This document shows positions 1-9,675 of a stretch of 64,000 nucleotides of DNA, piece after piece. Numbering within the stretch: the stretch's first letter is position 1; every line of letters starts with the position of its first letter. Below the pieces are notes generated by a model. It saw only the letters and a list, made by a program, of their open reading frames with translations, was not told the DNA's origin and searched no databases. The position numbers and the translations under genes are program-made. This DNA comes from Alcanivoracaceae bacterium (GTDB lineage Bacteria > Pseudomonadota > Gammaproteobacteria > Pseudomonadales > Alcanivoracaceae): NCBI GenBank assembly GCA_029212745.1, contig JARGOL010000005.1, forward strand, positions 27,558-91,557, read 5' to 3'.

Positions 1-63
1 CAGCCCGCGGCCGGGCTCCCAGGGCAAGGGAAACAGATTGCTGACGAACAGGAGTCGCTTCAT
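1..63 (-). CDS. glycosyltransferase (GT4-like), N-terminal fragment; gene runs off the left edge
   Basis: ATG at 63..61 forms an ATGA overlap with the stop (62..60) of the upstream GT gene. The reverse complement of 1..63 reads MKRLLFVSNLFPLPWEPGRGL, a typical GT4 N-terminus. It is too short for the ORF track. Confidence 0.45.
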   Translation of the reverse strand, partial: MKRLLFVSNLFPLPWEPGRGL

Positions 64-1163
64 GCGCCGGCTCCTGCCCGTTGATATTCGGCGCGGTAGC
101 GGCGCGCCATGGTGTCCTTGCTGCAGTGGCCCGCCACCCAGTCCCGCAGTTGCTCACCGAGCTGCGCGCGCGTCCCCGGCGCCGACAGCAACCCGGCGAT
201 GGCATCGGCAAGCGCCGGCGCATCCGCCGCCGGTACCAGTACGCCCCGCTCCCCGTCAGCGATAATCTCGCAATTACCGCCAACCGCGGTGGCCACCACG
301 GGCCGTGCCGCAGCGCCCGCTTCCAGTAACGCCACCGAGAAACCCTCCGTCAGCGACGACAGGGCAAACACAGCCATATCCGGCAACAGCGCCTGGACAT
401 CATGGCGGGCGCCAGGGAAATGAATGCGCGCGGCATAACCGCTGTCACTGGCACACTGCTGCAGGCGATCACGCTCGGGGCCATCACCGACAATGACCAG
501 GTGCAGCTTTTCGTCCGTTTTTGCCAGCCGCGCGAACGCCCGGATCAAGGTCACCTGGTCCTTGGCTGCATTCAGGCGGCCCACCGTACCGAGCACCACG
601 GCGTCGTCCGGCAATGCCAGCGCTGAGCGCAGCCCACCCTGCCCCGGCGCCGAAAACCGGTGCACATCGATACCGTTATACACCGTCACGGCGCGAGTCG
701 CTGGCATCAGGCCGGCACCCACAAACTGCTCACGCGCGGCATCACAGACACAACACGGCAGGTGGGTGAAAAGCATCGCTGCCCGGTACAGGAGCCGTTG
801 CCGGGCGGTGCCGAGGAAATCCCCCATGCCATGGCGTGTATTGATACGAATGACCGGCATGGCCAGGCTGGCCATCACCGCATAGTAATGCGGCATGGCA
901 TTGTGGCTGTGCACGACGCAAGGACCGGCATCACGCAGGGCCGCACGCAGGCGTGCCAGGGCTGCCCGGTCGAACCCCGGCTGCTTGCCACAGGCGAGCA
1001 CGCGAATGCCCTGCTGTTCCACCTCCGGTGCAAGGAGGCCCGCGTCAAACAGGCAGACAACCGTGACGCTGTCGCCCATGGCCTGCTGCTGCAGGGCAAG
1101 GTCGATCACCACGCGCTCGGCGCCGCCCATGTTCAGGTTTTCCACCACGTGCACAATATTCAC
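60..1163 (-). CDS. glycosyltransferase family 4 (GT-B), PEP-CTERM/EPS-locus type
   Basis: 367-aa ORF. It has the N-terminal HVVENLNMGGAERVV motif and a C-terminal LTEGFSVALLEAGAAARPVVATAVGG (E-x7-E region). The GTG start overlaps the stop of the upstream gene (GTGA). Confidence 0.85.
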   Translation of the reverse strand: MNIVHVVENLNMGGAERVVIDLALQQQAMGDSVTVVCLFDAGLLAPEVEQQGIRVLACGKQPGFDRAALARLRAALRDAGPCVVHSHNAMPHYYAVMASLAMPVIRINTRHGMGDFLGTARQRLLYRAAMLFTHLPCCVCDAAREQFVGAGLMPATRAVTVYNGIDVHRFSAPGQGGLRSALALPDDAVVLGTVGRLNAAKDQVTLIRAFARLAKTDEKLHLVIVGDGPERDRLQQCASDSGYAARIHFPGARHDVQALLPDMAVFALSSLTEGFSVALLEAGAAARPVVATAVGGNCEIIADGERGVLVPAADAPALADAIAGLLSAPGTRAQLGEQLRDWVAGHCSKDTMARRYRAEYQRAGAGA

Positions 1164-2551
1164 GACCGCTCCCCGGTGTCTGTGTCCAGCATGGACATGG
1201 TGACCCGGCGCTTGCCCGATGCGGTCAACGGAATCTCCGCCACATACTCCAGCAACAGATGCATGGCATTCCCCAGTCTCGCCTGCACGGTGCGCCGCAA
1301 CAGTGTCTCGGCATCTGCATCATAATCCGCGGACACCTGCAGCTTGATTACCAGGCTGTCGAGCCGGTGCTGGATCACCTGGAATGCGGCAACGCCGGGA
1401 ATGTCCTTGAGCAGGTGCGGAAAAAATTCGCCCGGCAGCAGGGCACCATCCGGGGTGCGGATCACATCGAGCTGCCGTCCTTCCACGGCATGCATCAGCG
1501 GCCAGGGATAACCCGCCGCTGACTGGTCCGGCGACGCCAGTGACACCCGGTCACCGTTGCTGTAACGAATGAACGGCATGCCCCTGGCGTGCAGGTCAGT
1601 GATCAGCAGCTCGCCCGGCGCGTCATGCACGGCCACACCCTGATCGTCGAGTGCTTCGAGATAGAACTGGTCACTGTTGATCAGCAGACCGGACACCCCC
1701 GGCGCTTCGCTGGCAAGCAGCATCACCTCGCGACAGCCATAGGTATTGTAGACCGGCGCCTGGAACGCACGGGCGATGACATCACGCTGGAATTCATGCA
1801 GCGGTTCTGCGCCAGTGAGGATACTGCTGACACCGGGTACCCTGAGATTATTGGCCAGCATGTAGCAGGCCAACTGGTACAACGGACTGACATAGGCCAC
1901 CACCACGGCCGGACGGTAGGCCCGCACCTGACGGTAATAATCCGGCAGGTTGGCCTCGGTCAGTGCAAACGAGTTCATCATGCGGCGCTGGAAAAAGCTG
2001 TGGTACAGGTGATTCTTGATGCCCGCCAGGGTACGCGTGGGCAGAATGTCTGCGCCCCAGAGATACAGGGTGCGCCGGCCCATGCGCGCACCGGCACGGG
2101 CGTAACCGCGCCACATCACAGCCATGCGCCGTTCATAGTCTTCACGGGTTATCTCGAAACGGAACGGCACACCGGTTGAGCCACCAGTGACCTTGGCAAA
2201 GGTCCTGCAGCGATAATCCCGCGCGATCAGCTCCTGGTAGTGTTCTTTCACCAGCGCTTTGGTCAGCACCGGCAATGCCGCCACCTGCTCACAGGCGGTC
2301 ATGTCTTCAGGAACAAAGCCGGCCTCATCCATGCGCTCCCGGTACCAGGGCACCTGCTGGTGTGCATGGGACAACAGGCCTTTCATCTGCTCAAGCTGAT
2401 AGCGGGCCAGTTGCTCGCGCGGCCAGCTGTCCCTGGCCATCATGTCCCGCATCCAGCGCAGGGTACGCCGGCCGCGCAGGCGCTCCTCATACAAGGGGTA
2501 CAGCACCCGCCGGAACAGCCACTCATAGGCCCGGCCATATAACGGCTTCAT
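1160..2551 (-). CDS. CapK/PaaK-like adenylate-forming enzyme (phenylacetate-CoA ligase / F390-synthetase family)
   Basis: The ORF track gives 1160..2581. The ATG at 2551 makes an ATGA overlap with the upstream stop. The protein has a TGGSTGVPF adenylation motif and a C-terminal SGKRR; this family is typical of capsule/EPS loci. Confidence 0.8.
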   Translation of the reverse strand: MKPLYGRAYEWLFRRVLYPLYEERLRGRRTLRWMRDMMARDSWPREQLARYQLEQMKGLLSHAHQQVPWYRERMDEAGFVPEDMTACEQVAALPVLTKALVKEHYQELIARDYRCRTFAKVTGGSTGVPFRFEITREDYERRMAVMWRGYARAGARMGRRTLYLWGADILPTRTLAGIKNHLYHSFFQRRMMNSFALTEANLPDYYRQVRAYRPAVVVAYVSPLYQLACYMLANNLRVPGVSSILTGAEPLHEFQRDVIARAFQAPVYNTYGCREVMLLASEAPGVSGLLINSDQFYLEALDDQGVAVHDAPGELLITDLHARGMPFIRYSNGDRVSLASPDQSAAGYPWPLMHAVEGRQLDVIRTPDGALLPGEFFPHLLKDIPGVAAFQVIQHRLDSLVIKLQVSADYDADAETLLRRTVQARLGNAMHLLLEYVAEIPLTASGKRRVTMSMLDTDTGERS

Positions 2552-3702
2552 GACTTGCCCCCAGTCGGTGGCGCGGCCCACAGGCGTTGGCCATCACCGC
2601 GCAGAAAATGAAACAGTGAACGTGCGGCAGCGATATTCAGCAACACAAACACGCTGGCCGTACCTGCCAGTGGCAGGCGGCGCACAGCGGCAACGCGCAA
2701 GCCCAGCAAGGCCACGGCATAACCCAGCAACTGCAAAGCGCCGAAAACCTGCCAGCCAGGACTGTCACTGGCGAGGCTCAGGCACAGGATCGCCAGCAGT
2801 ACCCAGGGCATCAGCAGGCGCAGGAACTTGTGCGCCACAAATCGCAGCCACAGACCCGGGCGCGCGGGCAGAAGACCCAGCGCCGGCACGACGCACTGCC
2901 ACACGCCGGTCAGGGTGCGCACCTTGCGACGCAGCTCCAGCGCATCCGCAGCCGGCGGCTGGTCCCAGGCCACGGCGCGACTATCAAGCGCAACGCGGAA
3001 ACCACGACGCAGGACATACAGGGGCTGCAGCAGGTCGTCCACCAGGGCGGCCGCGGGCAGTGGCGTATAAAGTGACGCCCGCATGGCGTACACCGCACCG
3101 GTGACACCCATGACCGAGCCGCTGTCCGATTGCCATTGGCGCACGCGCTGCTCCAGCGCCCAGTAGGCGCCCATGGGCGCTTCGCCGGTGTCCGCGTCGC
3201 GCGGCCTGAAACACAGGCGCCCACTGACCGCACCGATGGTGTCATCCGCGAAGTTGTCGAGCAGACGCGCCATCACATCAGGCTCGAAGTGCTGGCGCGC
3301 ATCGGCAAAAACAAGGATGTCACCGCTGGCCAGGGCCGCCGCCTGGTTCAGTGCCGCCGGCTTGCCGCAGTTCACTGCCAGCAGTACCGGCCGCAGTCGT
3401 GGCCTGGCCGGATCCGTGCGCCACCGGGCAGCGATCTGCAGCAGCACATTGTCCGTGTCATCACTGGAACCGTCGGAAACCACCACTATCTCGACACGAT
3501 CCATGGGGTAATCCTGGCGGGAAATATTGTCCAGGCGCGCCGGCAGCCGCTCGGCTTCGTTGTATACCGCCAGCAGCACACTGACGGTGGGCGTGTTCGG
3601 CTGGCGATGCACAGGTCGGGCATGCACCCGGCGCCAGAGCCACAACCAGGCCGGATAACCCAGGTAGGTAAAAAACAGCAGGGCAAGCAACAGGGATAGC
3701 AT
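2548..3702 (-). CDS. glycosyltransferase family 2 (GT-A) with N-terminal TM helix
   Basis: The internal ATG at 3702, 6 nt after the upstream stop, gives MLSLLLALLFFTYLGYPAWLWLW. This is followed by VSVLLAVYNE, VVSDGSSDDT and FADAR motifs and C-terminal TM helices. Confidence 0.85.
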   Translation of the reverse strand: MLSLLLALLFFTYLGYPAWLWLWRRVHARPVHRQPNTPTVSVLLAVYNEAERLPARLDNISRQDYPMDRVEIVVVSDGSSDDTDNVLLQIAARWRTDPARPRLRPVLLAVNCGKPAALNQAAALASGDILVFADARQHFEPDVMARLLDNFADDTIGAVSGRLCFRPRDADTGEAPMGAYWALEQRVRQWQSDSGSVMGVTGAVYAMRASLYTPLPAAALVDDLLQPLYVLRRGFRVALDSRAVAWDQPPAADALELRRKVRTLTGVWQCVVPALGLLPARPGLWLRFVAHKFLRLLMPWVLLAILCLSLASDSPGWQVFGALQLLGYAVALLGLRVAAVRRLPLAGTASVFVLLNIAAARSLFHFLRGDGQRLWAAPPTGGKS

Positions 3703-3707
3703 CACGG

Positions 3708-5021
3708 TCACAGCAGCACCCTCACCACCAGGTACAGGAACACCAGGCTCAGCGGCACGAACAGCGCCAGGAAACCGGTCAGGGATTTTCCGGTCACAGC
3801 TGCCAGCGATGCATCTCCGGCACGCACCTTGTGAAAATAGGCCACTGACATGCCGCACACCATGTACAGCACGACGATATAACTGCGACTGAGGAAAAAC
3901 GCCGCCGAAAGATAGGCCAGCATGGTGTAGAGCAGCATTTCCCCTTCCACCACCAGTGGCGACGGCCCGTTACTGGCTGGCTTGCGCCGGCCGAAGGCCC
4001 GGCCTTCTGGACCGGATGCCAAAGCCTCGTCGTCGGCCTGCACAGCAGCCAGGCGTGACTGGCGCGCGCGCCAGACCATCAAGGCACTGGCTGCGATCAG
4101 CAGCGTCCAGAACAGGTACCCGGCCAGGCCCAGCTCGGCCAGTACAAGCACATAGCTGTTGTGGGCAGTAAGGTCATGATACTCGGTAAAATTGTTCATC
4201 CCGACACCCAGGAACGGGTTCTGCTTGAATAACTGGATGCCGGTGTACCAGGCTTCGATACGCCCGGCTGCGGACTCTTCCTCGGCATTGATGCTGCGCA
4301 TGCTGGACAGCACCACGTACATCACCGGCGACGCCACCAGCGCAGCCACGGCTGAACGAGCCATGCCATAACGGCGGTAGCCCGCCACCGCCACCAGCAA
4401 CAGCAACGTCAGGACGGCGCCGCGAGAATGTGTCAGGTATATGCCATAGACATGAAACAGGGCCAGGCCATACCAGCAAAACCGCATGAAGGCACTGGCA
4501 GCCAGACGTGCGCGCATGAGGATCATGGGAATGGCCACCAGGAACATCAGGCCCAGGTCATTGGGGTCATTGAAGATACCCACCCAGGTCACGCGATTGC
4601 CTTCAACCACGCGGGCGCCGGACCAGCCAATGCCGGTCTCCAGCTGCTGCACACTGTGCACCACCATGACTGTCGTGCAGGCCACCACCAGCAGGCACAG
4701 ACGCCCCAGCCGCCCGGGTTCACGCAGCTGGTGGCTGTACACCAGATACGTGGCAACCACCGGACCAAACTCCCGCACGATAGTAACACCGCCCCCCAGC
4801 CAACCATTGGCAGCGGACGACAGCACCATCACCGCCAACAGGAACAGCAGCGCCCATGAGGGCACATCGCGCAGGCCGAAGTCCCGACGCATCAGGGTCA
4901 ACAACATGGCGCCGCCCAGGAAAATGCTCATCAGGGGTGTGCCATGCAGTGGCGCGATAAAATCCTGTGGCCGCAGCAACAGGAACAGCGTGTACAGGCA
5001 CAGCAGCAGGAAACCAATCAT
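3708..5021 (-). CDS. O-antigen ligase/polymerase (Wzy_C) family membrane protein, exosortase-locus type
   Basis: 437-aa multi-pass membrane protein with LTHSRGAVLTLLL and TAHNSYVLVLAELGLAGYLF motifs. ATGA overlap with the upstream stop at 5018..5021. Confidence 0.8.
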   Translation of the reverse strand: MIGFLLLCLYTLFLLLRPQDFIAPLHGTPLMSIFLGGAMLLTLMRRDFGLRDVPSWALLFLLAVMVLSSAANGWLGGGVTIVREFGPVVATYLVYSHQLREPGRLGRLCLLVVACTTVMVVHSVQQLETGIGWSGARVVEGNRVTWVGIFNDPNDLGLMFLVAIPMILMRARLAASAFMRFCWYGLALFHVYGIYLTHSRGAVLTLLLLVAVAGYRRYGMARSAVAALVASPVMYVVLSSMRSINAEEESAAGRIEAWYTGIQLFKQNPFLGVGMNNFTEYHDLTAHNSYVLVLAELGLAGYLFWTLLIAASALMVWRARQSRLAAVQADDEALASGPEGRAFGRRKPASNGPSPLVVEGEMLLYTMLAYLSAAFFLSRSYIVVLYMVCGMSVAYFHKVRAGDASLAAVTGKSLTGFLALFVPLSLVFLYLVVRVLL

Positions 5022-6058
5022 GCACCAGCCTCCAGCGCCTGCCAGCTGCGCGAACGTGACAGCAATGAACGCAGTGTGCGGCCGTACAGATGGGTGGCCG
5101 GTACCAGCAGGTGACTGACCGGCGTCTGGCGACAGCCAAACCGGGCTTTCCAGGAGCCGGGCTCGCCCTTCATGAAATCGTACTCCCTGATTCCAGAGAC
5201 GATGGCATCCTCGATCATGCTCACATGCAGGGCGATGCCGGGTGAGAAACCCGACTGGGCACCATCCATGCCTGACTGGTAGAAAAGCCGGGTACCATTG
5301 AAGTCAAACCCGTACCACGCTGCCACCACCTCATCATCACGATAGAGCAGCGCCAGTCGCGCCGGCACCGACGGATCGGCCAGCACTGACTGGTGAAAGT
5401 CGAGGAAACGCCGGGCGCTGAATACGCCGGCCTCACCGCGCTGGCGCCAGCGCGACTGATGCAGGGACACCAGTGCCGGCAACGCCGCAAGCCGCTCGGC
5501 CGGTGCGCGGGCAATGTGCAGGTGCATCTGCTCACGGGTCATGCGCTGGCGGGTACGCCGGACCTTGCTGCGAAAACTGTCAGAGAGACCCGCCAGCCAG
5601 TCATCCAGTGTCGCCGGCAACGGCAAGCTGTAACGCACCCCGCATGGCTGGCTGAAACCACCCGCATGACGGGCGAGGTTCTCCACTGATGAACCCCGCA
5701 GACAATTATCAAACCGGCACAGGTCCCACGGCAGCCGGCCAAGCGCTGACCAGGTATCAGCCGGCGCTGGTTGCAGGACGCCATCGGACAAGTCACAGAA
5801 TTCCGGGCACAACTCCTCCGGCTCGGCATCGCCGGTGCCCGCAAAACGCAATGTCCGCACCGGCACACCCGGGCGCAGCCACCGGCGACGGATGTACAGC
5901 GGCAACAGGGCATCACTGCGGGCAACGAAACGATCGCCGCGATGCTGGTAGTGCGTACGCCAATGCTGCAGCCAGGCCGGCGTCTGGAAAACGGCCGGCC
6001 CCGAGCCTTCCAGCCATGCCTGCCGGTCACTTGCGCTGACGGAAAGAGACAGGCTCAT
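5018..6058 (-). CDS. FemAB-related / CelD-BcsL type GNAT acyltransferase
   Basis: The ATG at 6058 makes an ATGA overlap with the upstream stop. The C-terminal part reads LLYRDDEVVAAWYGFDFNGTRLFYQSGMD ... IREYDFMKGEPGSWKARFG, typical of Acetyltransf_6/FemAB-like proteins of PEP-CTERM loci. Confidence 0.75.
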   Translation of the reverse strand: MSLSLSVSASDRQAWLEGSGPAVFQTPAWLQHWRTHYQHRGDRFVARSDALLPLYIRRRWLRPGVPVRTLRFAGTGDAEPEELCPEFCDLSDGVLQPAPADTWSALGRLPWDLCRFDNCLRGSSVENLARHAGGFSQPCGVRYSLPLPATLDDWLAGLSDSFRSKVRRTRQRMTREQMHLHIARAPAERLAALPALVSLHQSRWRQRGEAGVFSARRFLDFHQSVLADPSVPARLALLYRDDEVVAAWYGFDFNGTRLFYQSGMDGAQSGFSPGIALHVSMIEDAIVSGIREYDFMKGEPGSWKARFGCRQTPVSHLLVPATHLYGRTLRSLLSRSRSWQALEAGA

Positions 6059-7335
6059 CGCAACTGCACCCGCAATGCCAGCCACACACTGGTATTGGTG
6101 TACTCGGCCTGTTCTTGCGTGCTGCTCCTGCCGAGCCAGCCTGTTCCAGCGGTGAGTTCGGTACGTGTATTGAGCAGCCGCGTGGCCGTCACCGTTGCCT
6201 CGCTGTCCCGGTCCACCCGGCCATCATCAAGGAACTCGCGCCGCGTGCTGCTCAGGGCACAACTGACAAAGCCGGTGTCAGCCTCGTAGAGGCGGGTTAC
6301 CAGGCGCGTACCGCGTTCGTCAGAGTCGCGCCGTGTGACACCGCGATCCAGGTAGCGGCGTTGCTTGCCCCAGACAGACACCAGCGGGTCGAGGACAGCA
6401 CGCGAGCCACTGTAGGTCAGGGCGGCACTGCGCTGGCGGTAGGCACCTGTGCCTTCAATGCCGGCCACCAATGTGCCGTTGGCAAGGCTTTCCAGGTCAC
6501 TCGCCTCGTCGCTGAATTCCTGGTTGGCGGTAACAACCAGCTGGCGGTCGGCGGACACCATCCAGTTGGCCCGAAAGCGGCCGACGTCGCTCTGCTCCGG
6601 GTCAAAGCCCTGCTCCTTGAGCCAGCCTTTGCCGGCCTCCAGTGACAGGCCACTGCGCATACCGCGATAGCTGAAGCCAGCAACAGCCTGACGTGTGCGG
6701 TAATCCGGAAAGTTGCCGCTGTATTCCGTGGCGCTGTAATCGACACGGGCGAACACCTGCAAACGCTGCCGTGGCTGCCGCGTCAGGTTGGCAGAACCGG
6801 TATTACGGAAGTAACGCTCGTCCCCACTGACAATACGCTGGCGCCGCCCGGACAGGACAAGGGCATTCAGGTCACCCAGACGCAGTCGCGCAGTGGGGCC
6901 CGTGCCCAGCAGCCGGACCGTTTCGGAGTTACTGTCGATATTCGGTGCTGCAGGATCAACCACCTGGACGGATTCCACATAGTCCACATTCCAGTCAAGC
7001 ATTTCCGGCTGCAACAACCAGCGGAAATTGCCCACCGCTTCCGCATCGAATTGTCCATCCAGCAACTGGTGCTGGTACTCCTGGTAATTGAACGCACCAT
7101 CAAGGGCCCAGGTATATTGCTCACCCTGCTGCTGCCCGCTGGCCTCCAGCCGGGAGCGGTAAACCATGCCCGAGCGTGGCTCATCATTGCTGGCGGTAAC
7201 ATTGCTCTGGTACTCGGTAAACAGGCTACCCGCAACCCTCAGGGGCACCTGGCTTTCCGATGCGCTGGCTACAGCACAAACCACCAGCAGGCCTGCGGCG
7301 AGTAGTCCCTGCATCCCTGCGAGTTTCCGCTGCAT
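6055..7335 (-). CDS. putative outer-membrane beta-barrel protein of the EPS locus
   Basis: The internal ATG at 7335 gives the signal peptide MQRKLAGMQGLLAAGLLVVCAVASASE. The rest is a long alternating-polarity, Tyr/Arg/Ser-rich sequence. Position between the kinase-like and FemAB-like genes matches PEP-CTERM-associated barrel proteins. Confidence 0.55.
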   Translation of the reverse strand: MQRKLAGMQGLLAAGLLVVCAVASASESQVPLRVAGSLFTEYQSNVTASNDEPRSGMVYRSRLEASGQQQGEQYTWALDGAFNYQEYQHQLLDGQFDAEAVGNFRWLLQPEMLDWNVDYVESVQVVDPAAPNIDSNSETVRLLGTGPTARLRLGDLNALVLSGRRQRIVSGDERYFRNTGSANLTRQPRQRLQVFARVDYSATEYSGNFPDYRTRQAVAGFSYRGMRSGLSLEAGKGWLKEQGFDPEQSDVGRFRANWMVSADRQLVVTANQEFSDEASDLESLANGTLVAGIEGTGAYRQRSAALTYSGSRAVLDPLVSVWGKQRRYLDRGVTRRDSDERGTRLVTRLYEADTGFVSCALSSTRREFLDDGRVDRDSEATVTATRLLNTRTELTAGTGWLGRSSTQEQAEYTNTSVWLALRVQLR

Positions 7336-7345
7336 GACGAACAGA

Positions 7346-8143
7346 TCACTTGCCGGAGAACGGCGGTCGGGGCACACGGTTGAGCACCACACCGGCCAGT
7401 CGTTCCTGGCCTACCGTGTTGGCCACTTCCAGCAACCGGTTCTCGGACACCTCTCCGTAAGGCGCTACCACCAGGGCCTGGTCACACAGGTCAACAAGGA
7501 TGCGGGAATCCGCAGATTCGTCCAGCGGCGGCGCACTGATGATCAGGAAACGGTCCGGGTAGCGCTGCTTGACCGATTGCAGGAAGGCACGCATGCGCAG
7601 GGAGGTAAAGAATTCGGTGCTGCTCTCGAAATGACTGCCTGCCGGGATCAGACGCAACCGGGGAATGCCGGTCTGGTACAGCACGGCGTCCACACCCATG
7701 CTGTCATCGACCAGGTAATCGGTCAGGCCCTTGTCCACATCAATGTCCAGCAACCGGGCCAGGCGCGGGTCCTGCACATGGCAATCAATCAGCAAGGCGG
7801 TCTTGGCGCTGTCCAGTGCATAGGCAATGGACAGGTTCAATGCCACAAGGGTCGAGCCCGCCGTACCACCAACGCCCGCCACCAAGGTAATGGCGTTATC
7901 CCCCTTGCTGTGCTGCAACAGCCGGGTACGCAGGTTACGGAATTCATCCAGCACGGCACGGTCGGTCATGCCGGGATGAATCAGCCGGCGTTCCGCCATG
8001 AATGCCGCATCACGCTGCCAGTCGTCCCGCATGCGTGCGATCTGCCGGGTGCTGTCTGCCAGGCTGGCCAGGTCCCGGGTGGTCTCATCGCCGGCGCTGG
8101 AGGCGTTGCTGTCATGCTCGTCCATCAGATCACCTGTAGCCAT
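7346..8143 (-). CDS. BY-kinase-like (MinD/ParA fold) chain-length regulator ATPase homologue (EpsG-type) with degenerate Walker motifs
   Basis: The sequence ITLVAGVGGTAGSTLVALNLS ... LLIDCH ... RFLIISAPPL ... GVVLNRV aligns to the Wzc-type P-loop domain. An alternative ATG lies at 8125. Confidence 0.7.
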   Translation of the reverse strand: MATGDLMDEHDSNASSAGDETTRDLASLADSTRQIARMRDDWQRDAAFMAERRLIHPGMTDRAVLDEFRNLRTRLLQHSKGDNAITLVAGVGGTAGSTLVALNLSIAYALDSAKTALLIDCHVQDPRLARLLDIDVDKGLTDYLVDDSMGVDAVLYQTGIPRLRLIPAGSHFESSTEFFTSLRMRAFLQSVKQRYPDRFLIISAPPLDESADSRILVDLCDQALVVAPYGEVSENRLLEVANTVGQERLAGVVLNRVPRPPFSGK

Positions 8144-9666
8144 TTCAGTACCGCGGCGAACAGGTAACAACCGACAATCGCGGCGGTCACCATTGCCATC
8201 TTGCGCCACTGTTGCGCCTCATCCTGGCGTTCCCGGGGCGTCTGGATTTCATGAATCTCTCCCGCGACTGGCAGGCCCAGCTGGTCAGCGATCTGCTCAC
8301 TGATGCGCACCCGCGGGTCCACCTGCAGCAGGCCGAGCACGGCCGCCACCGGCAGCAGCAATGCCAGCGGCAGGCCAAGCAGGGCCAGATGCAGGAAACG
8401 CAGGCCATAGGGCTTGAGCGACAGCCGGGCTGGCTCCTGCACCTTCATGGTCAGGCCGCGCTCCTCTATATCCAGATGCATGGACACACGTGCCTTTTCC
8501 CGGCGCCGCAGAAGATCCTGGTACAGATCACGATTCACTTCGTAGTCACGGGTCAACTCTGCCAGGGCCGCTTCTGCATCATGGATGCGTTTGATGCGTT
8601 CGTTTTCTTCGGCAAGCATGCCTTCCGTTTCGGTAATGCGGGCCTCAAGGGTGGCGATCTCGGTACGCGCCTGTGACAGTTCGCTGCGCAGTTGCTGGTA
8701 CAGTGGTGAATTGGCAATGGACTCATCAATGTAGGCCTCACCCCGGGCACGGGCCTCGCGGATGCGCTGTTCACGCTGCACGCGCTCCTGCTCAATGGCA
8801 TGGTTCAGCTCTTCGATCTGGCTTTTCAGCTGAACGATATCGGGGTAGGTGTCATGGAAGCTGAGCCGCAACGTGTCCAGCTCCATTTGCAGCTCCGCGA
8901 TCCGCGAGCGATACGCGCCCTCACGGGCCATACCGCGGGTGACATCCGCCTCTCCTGACAACTGCTGCTCCAGGGAATCAGCACGGATACGGGTTTCACT
9001 CAGCTCAAGCCGACTGCCCTCGAGCCTGCGGCGCAATTCGGAAATGCGTTTGAACGAATCAGTGGCGGTTCCCTCGATATTCTCGGAGCGGTACTCCTTC
9101 AGCCGTGACTCCGCCTCGATCAGCTTCTTGTGGTAATCCCTGACCTGTTTGTCGATGAACGCGTAGGCTTCCTGGCTTTCCTGGCGCTTGGCACTGGCAC
9201 TTTCGGTCACAAACAACTCGGCATACTTCTGCGTTACACGGAATGCCATTTGCGGTGACGGGTCGCGGTACTCAATGCGAATCAGCGACTGGCCGCTGCC
9301 AAGGATACGGGTGCGCTTCTGTACATCATCAATCAGTCGCTCGAGTTTCAGCTCCGACAGGTCATCCACCTGCATGCCAGCCTCACGCAACACCTGGAGC
9401 ATGATGCGCCGGCTGAACAACAGCTCGCGCGCATTCTGGGCCTGGTCCTTGACGCCAGTGGCGACCGCAGTACCTTCCATCAGCGGCCGGATGATATTGC
9501 TCTCATCCGCATGGATGACGGTGTAGGAACGGTACACTTTGGGTAACAGCATGGCGGTCAGCAGTACCGCAACACTGATCACGGCAAACGCCACAAAGAC
9601 AGCGCGACGATAGCGATACAGCTCTCGCCACAAAAGCGTCAGCAACTGGTCAATTGAAAAACCCAT
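8125..9666 (-). CDS. Wzz/polysaccharide co-polymerase (EpsF-type chain length determinant)
   Basis: 513 aa. An N-terminal TM helix is followed by a long coiled-coil-like periplasmic region (many E/R/L heptads) and a C-terminal TM pair, the PCP architecture. Confidence 0.8.
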   Translation of the reverse strand: MGFSIDQLLTLLWRELYRYRRAVFVAFAVISVAVLLTAMLLPKVYRSYTVIHADESNIIRPLMEGTAVATGVKDQAQNARELLFSRRIMLQVLREAGMQVDDLSELKLERLIDDVQKRTRILGSGQSLIRIEYRDPSPQMAFRVTQKYAELFVTESASAKRQESQEAYAFIDKQVRDYHKKLIEAESRLKEYRSENIEGTATDSFKRISELRRRLEGSRLELSETRIRADSLEQQLSGEADVTRGMAREGAYRSRIAELQMELDTLRLSFHDTYPDIVQLKSQIEELNHAIEQERVQREQRIREARARGEAYIDESIANSPLYQQLRSELSQARTEIATLEARITETEGMLAEENERIKRIHDAEAALAELTRDYEVNRDLYQDLLRRREKARVSMHLDIEERGLTMKVQEPARLSLKPYGLRFLHLALLGLPLALLLPVAAVLGLLQVDPRVRISEQIADQLGLPVAGEIHEIQTPRERQDEAQQWRKMAMVTAAIVGCYLFAAVLKWLQVI

Positions 9667-9675
9667 GGCAACAAC

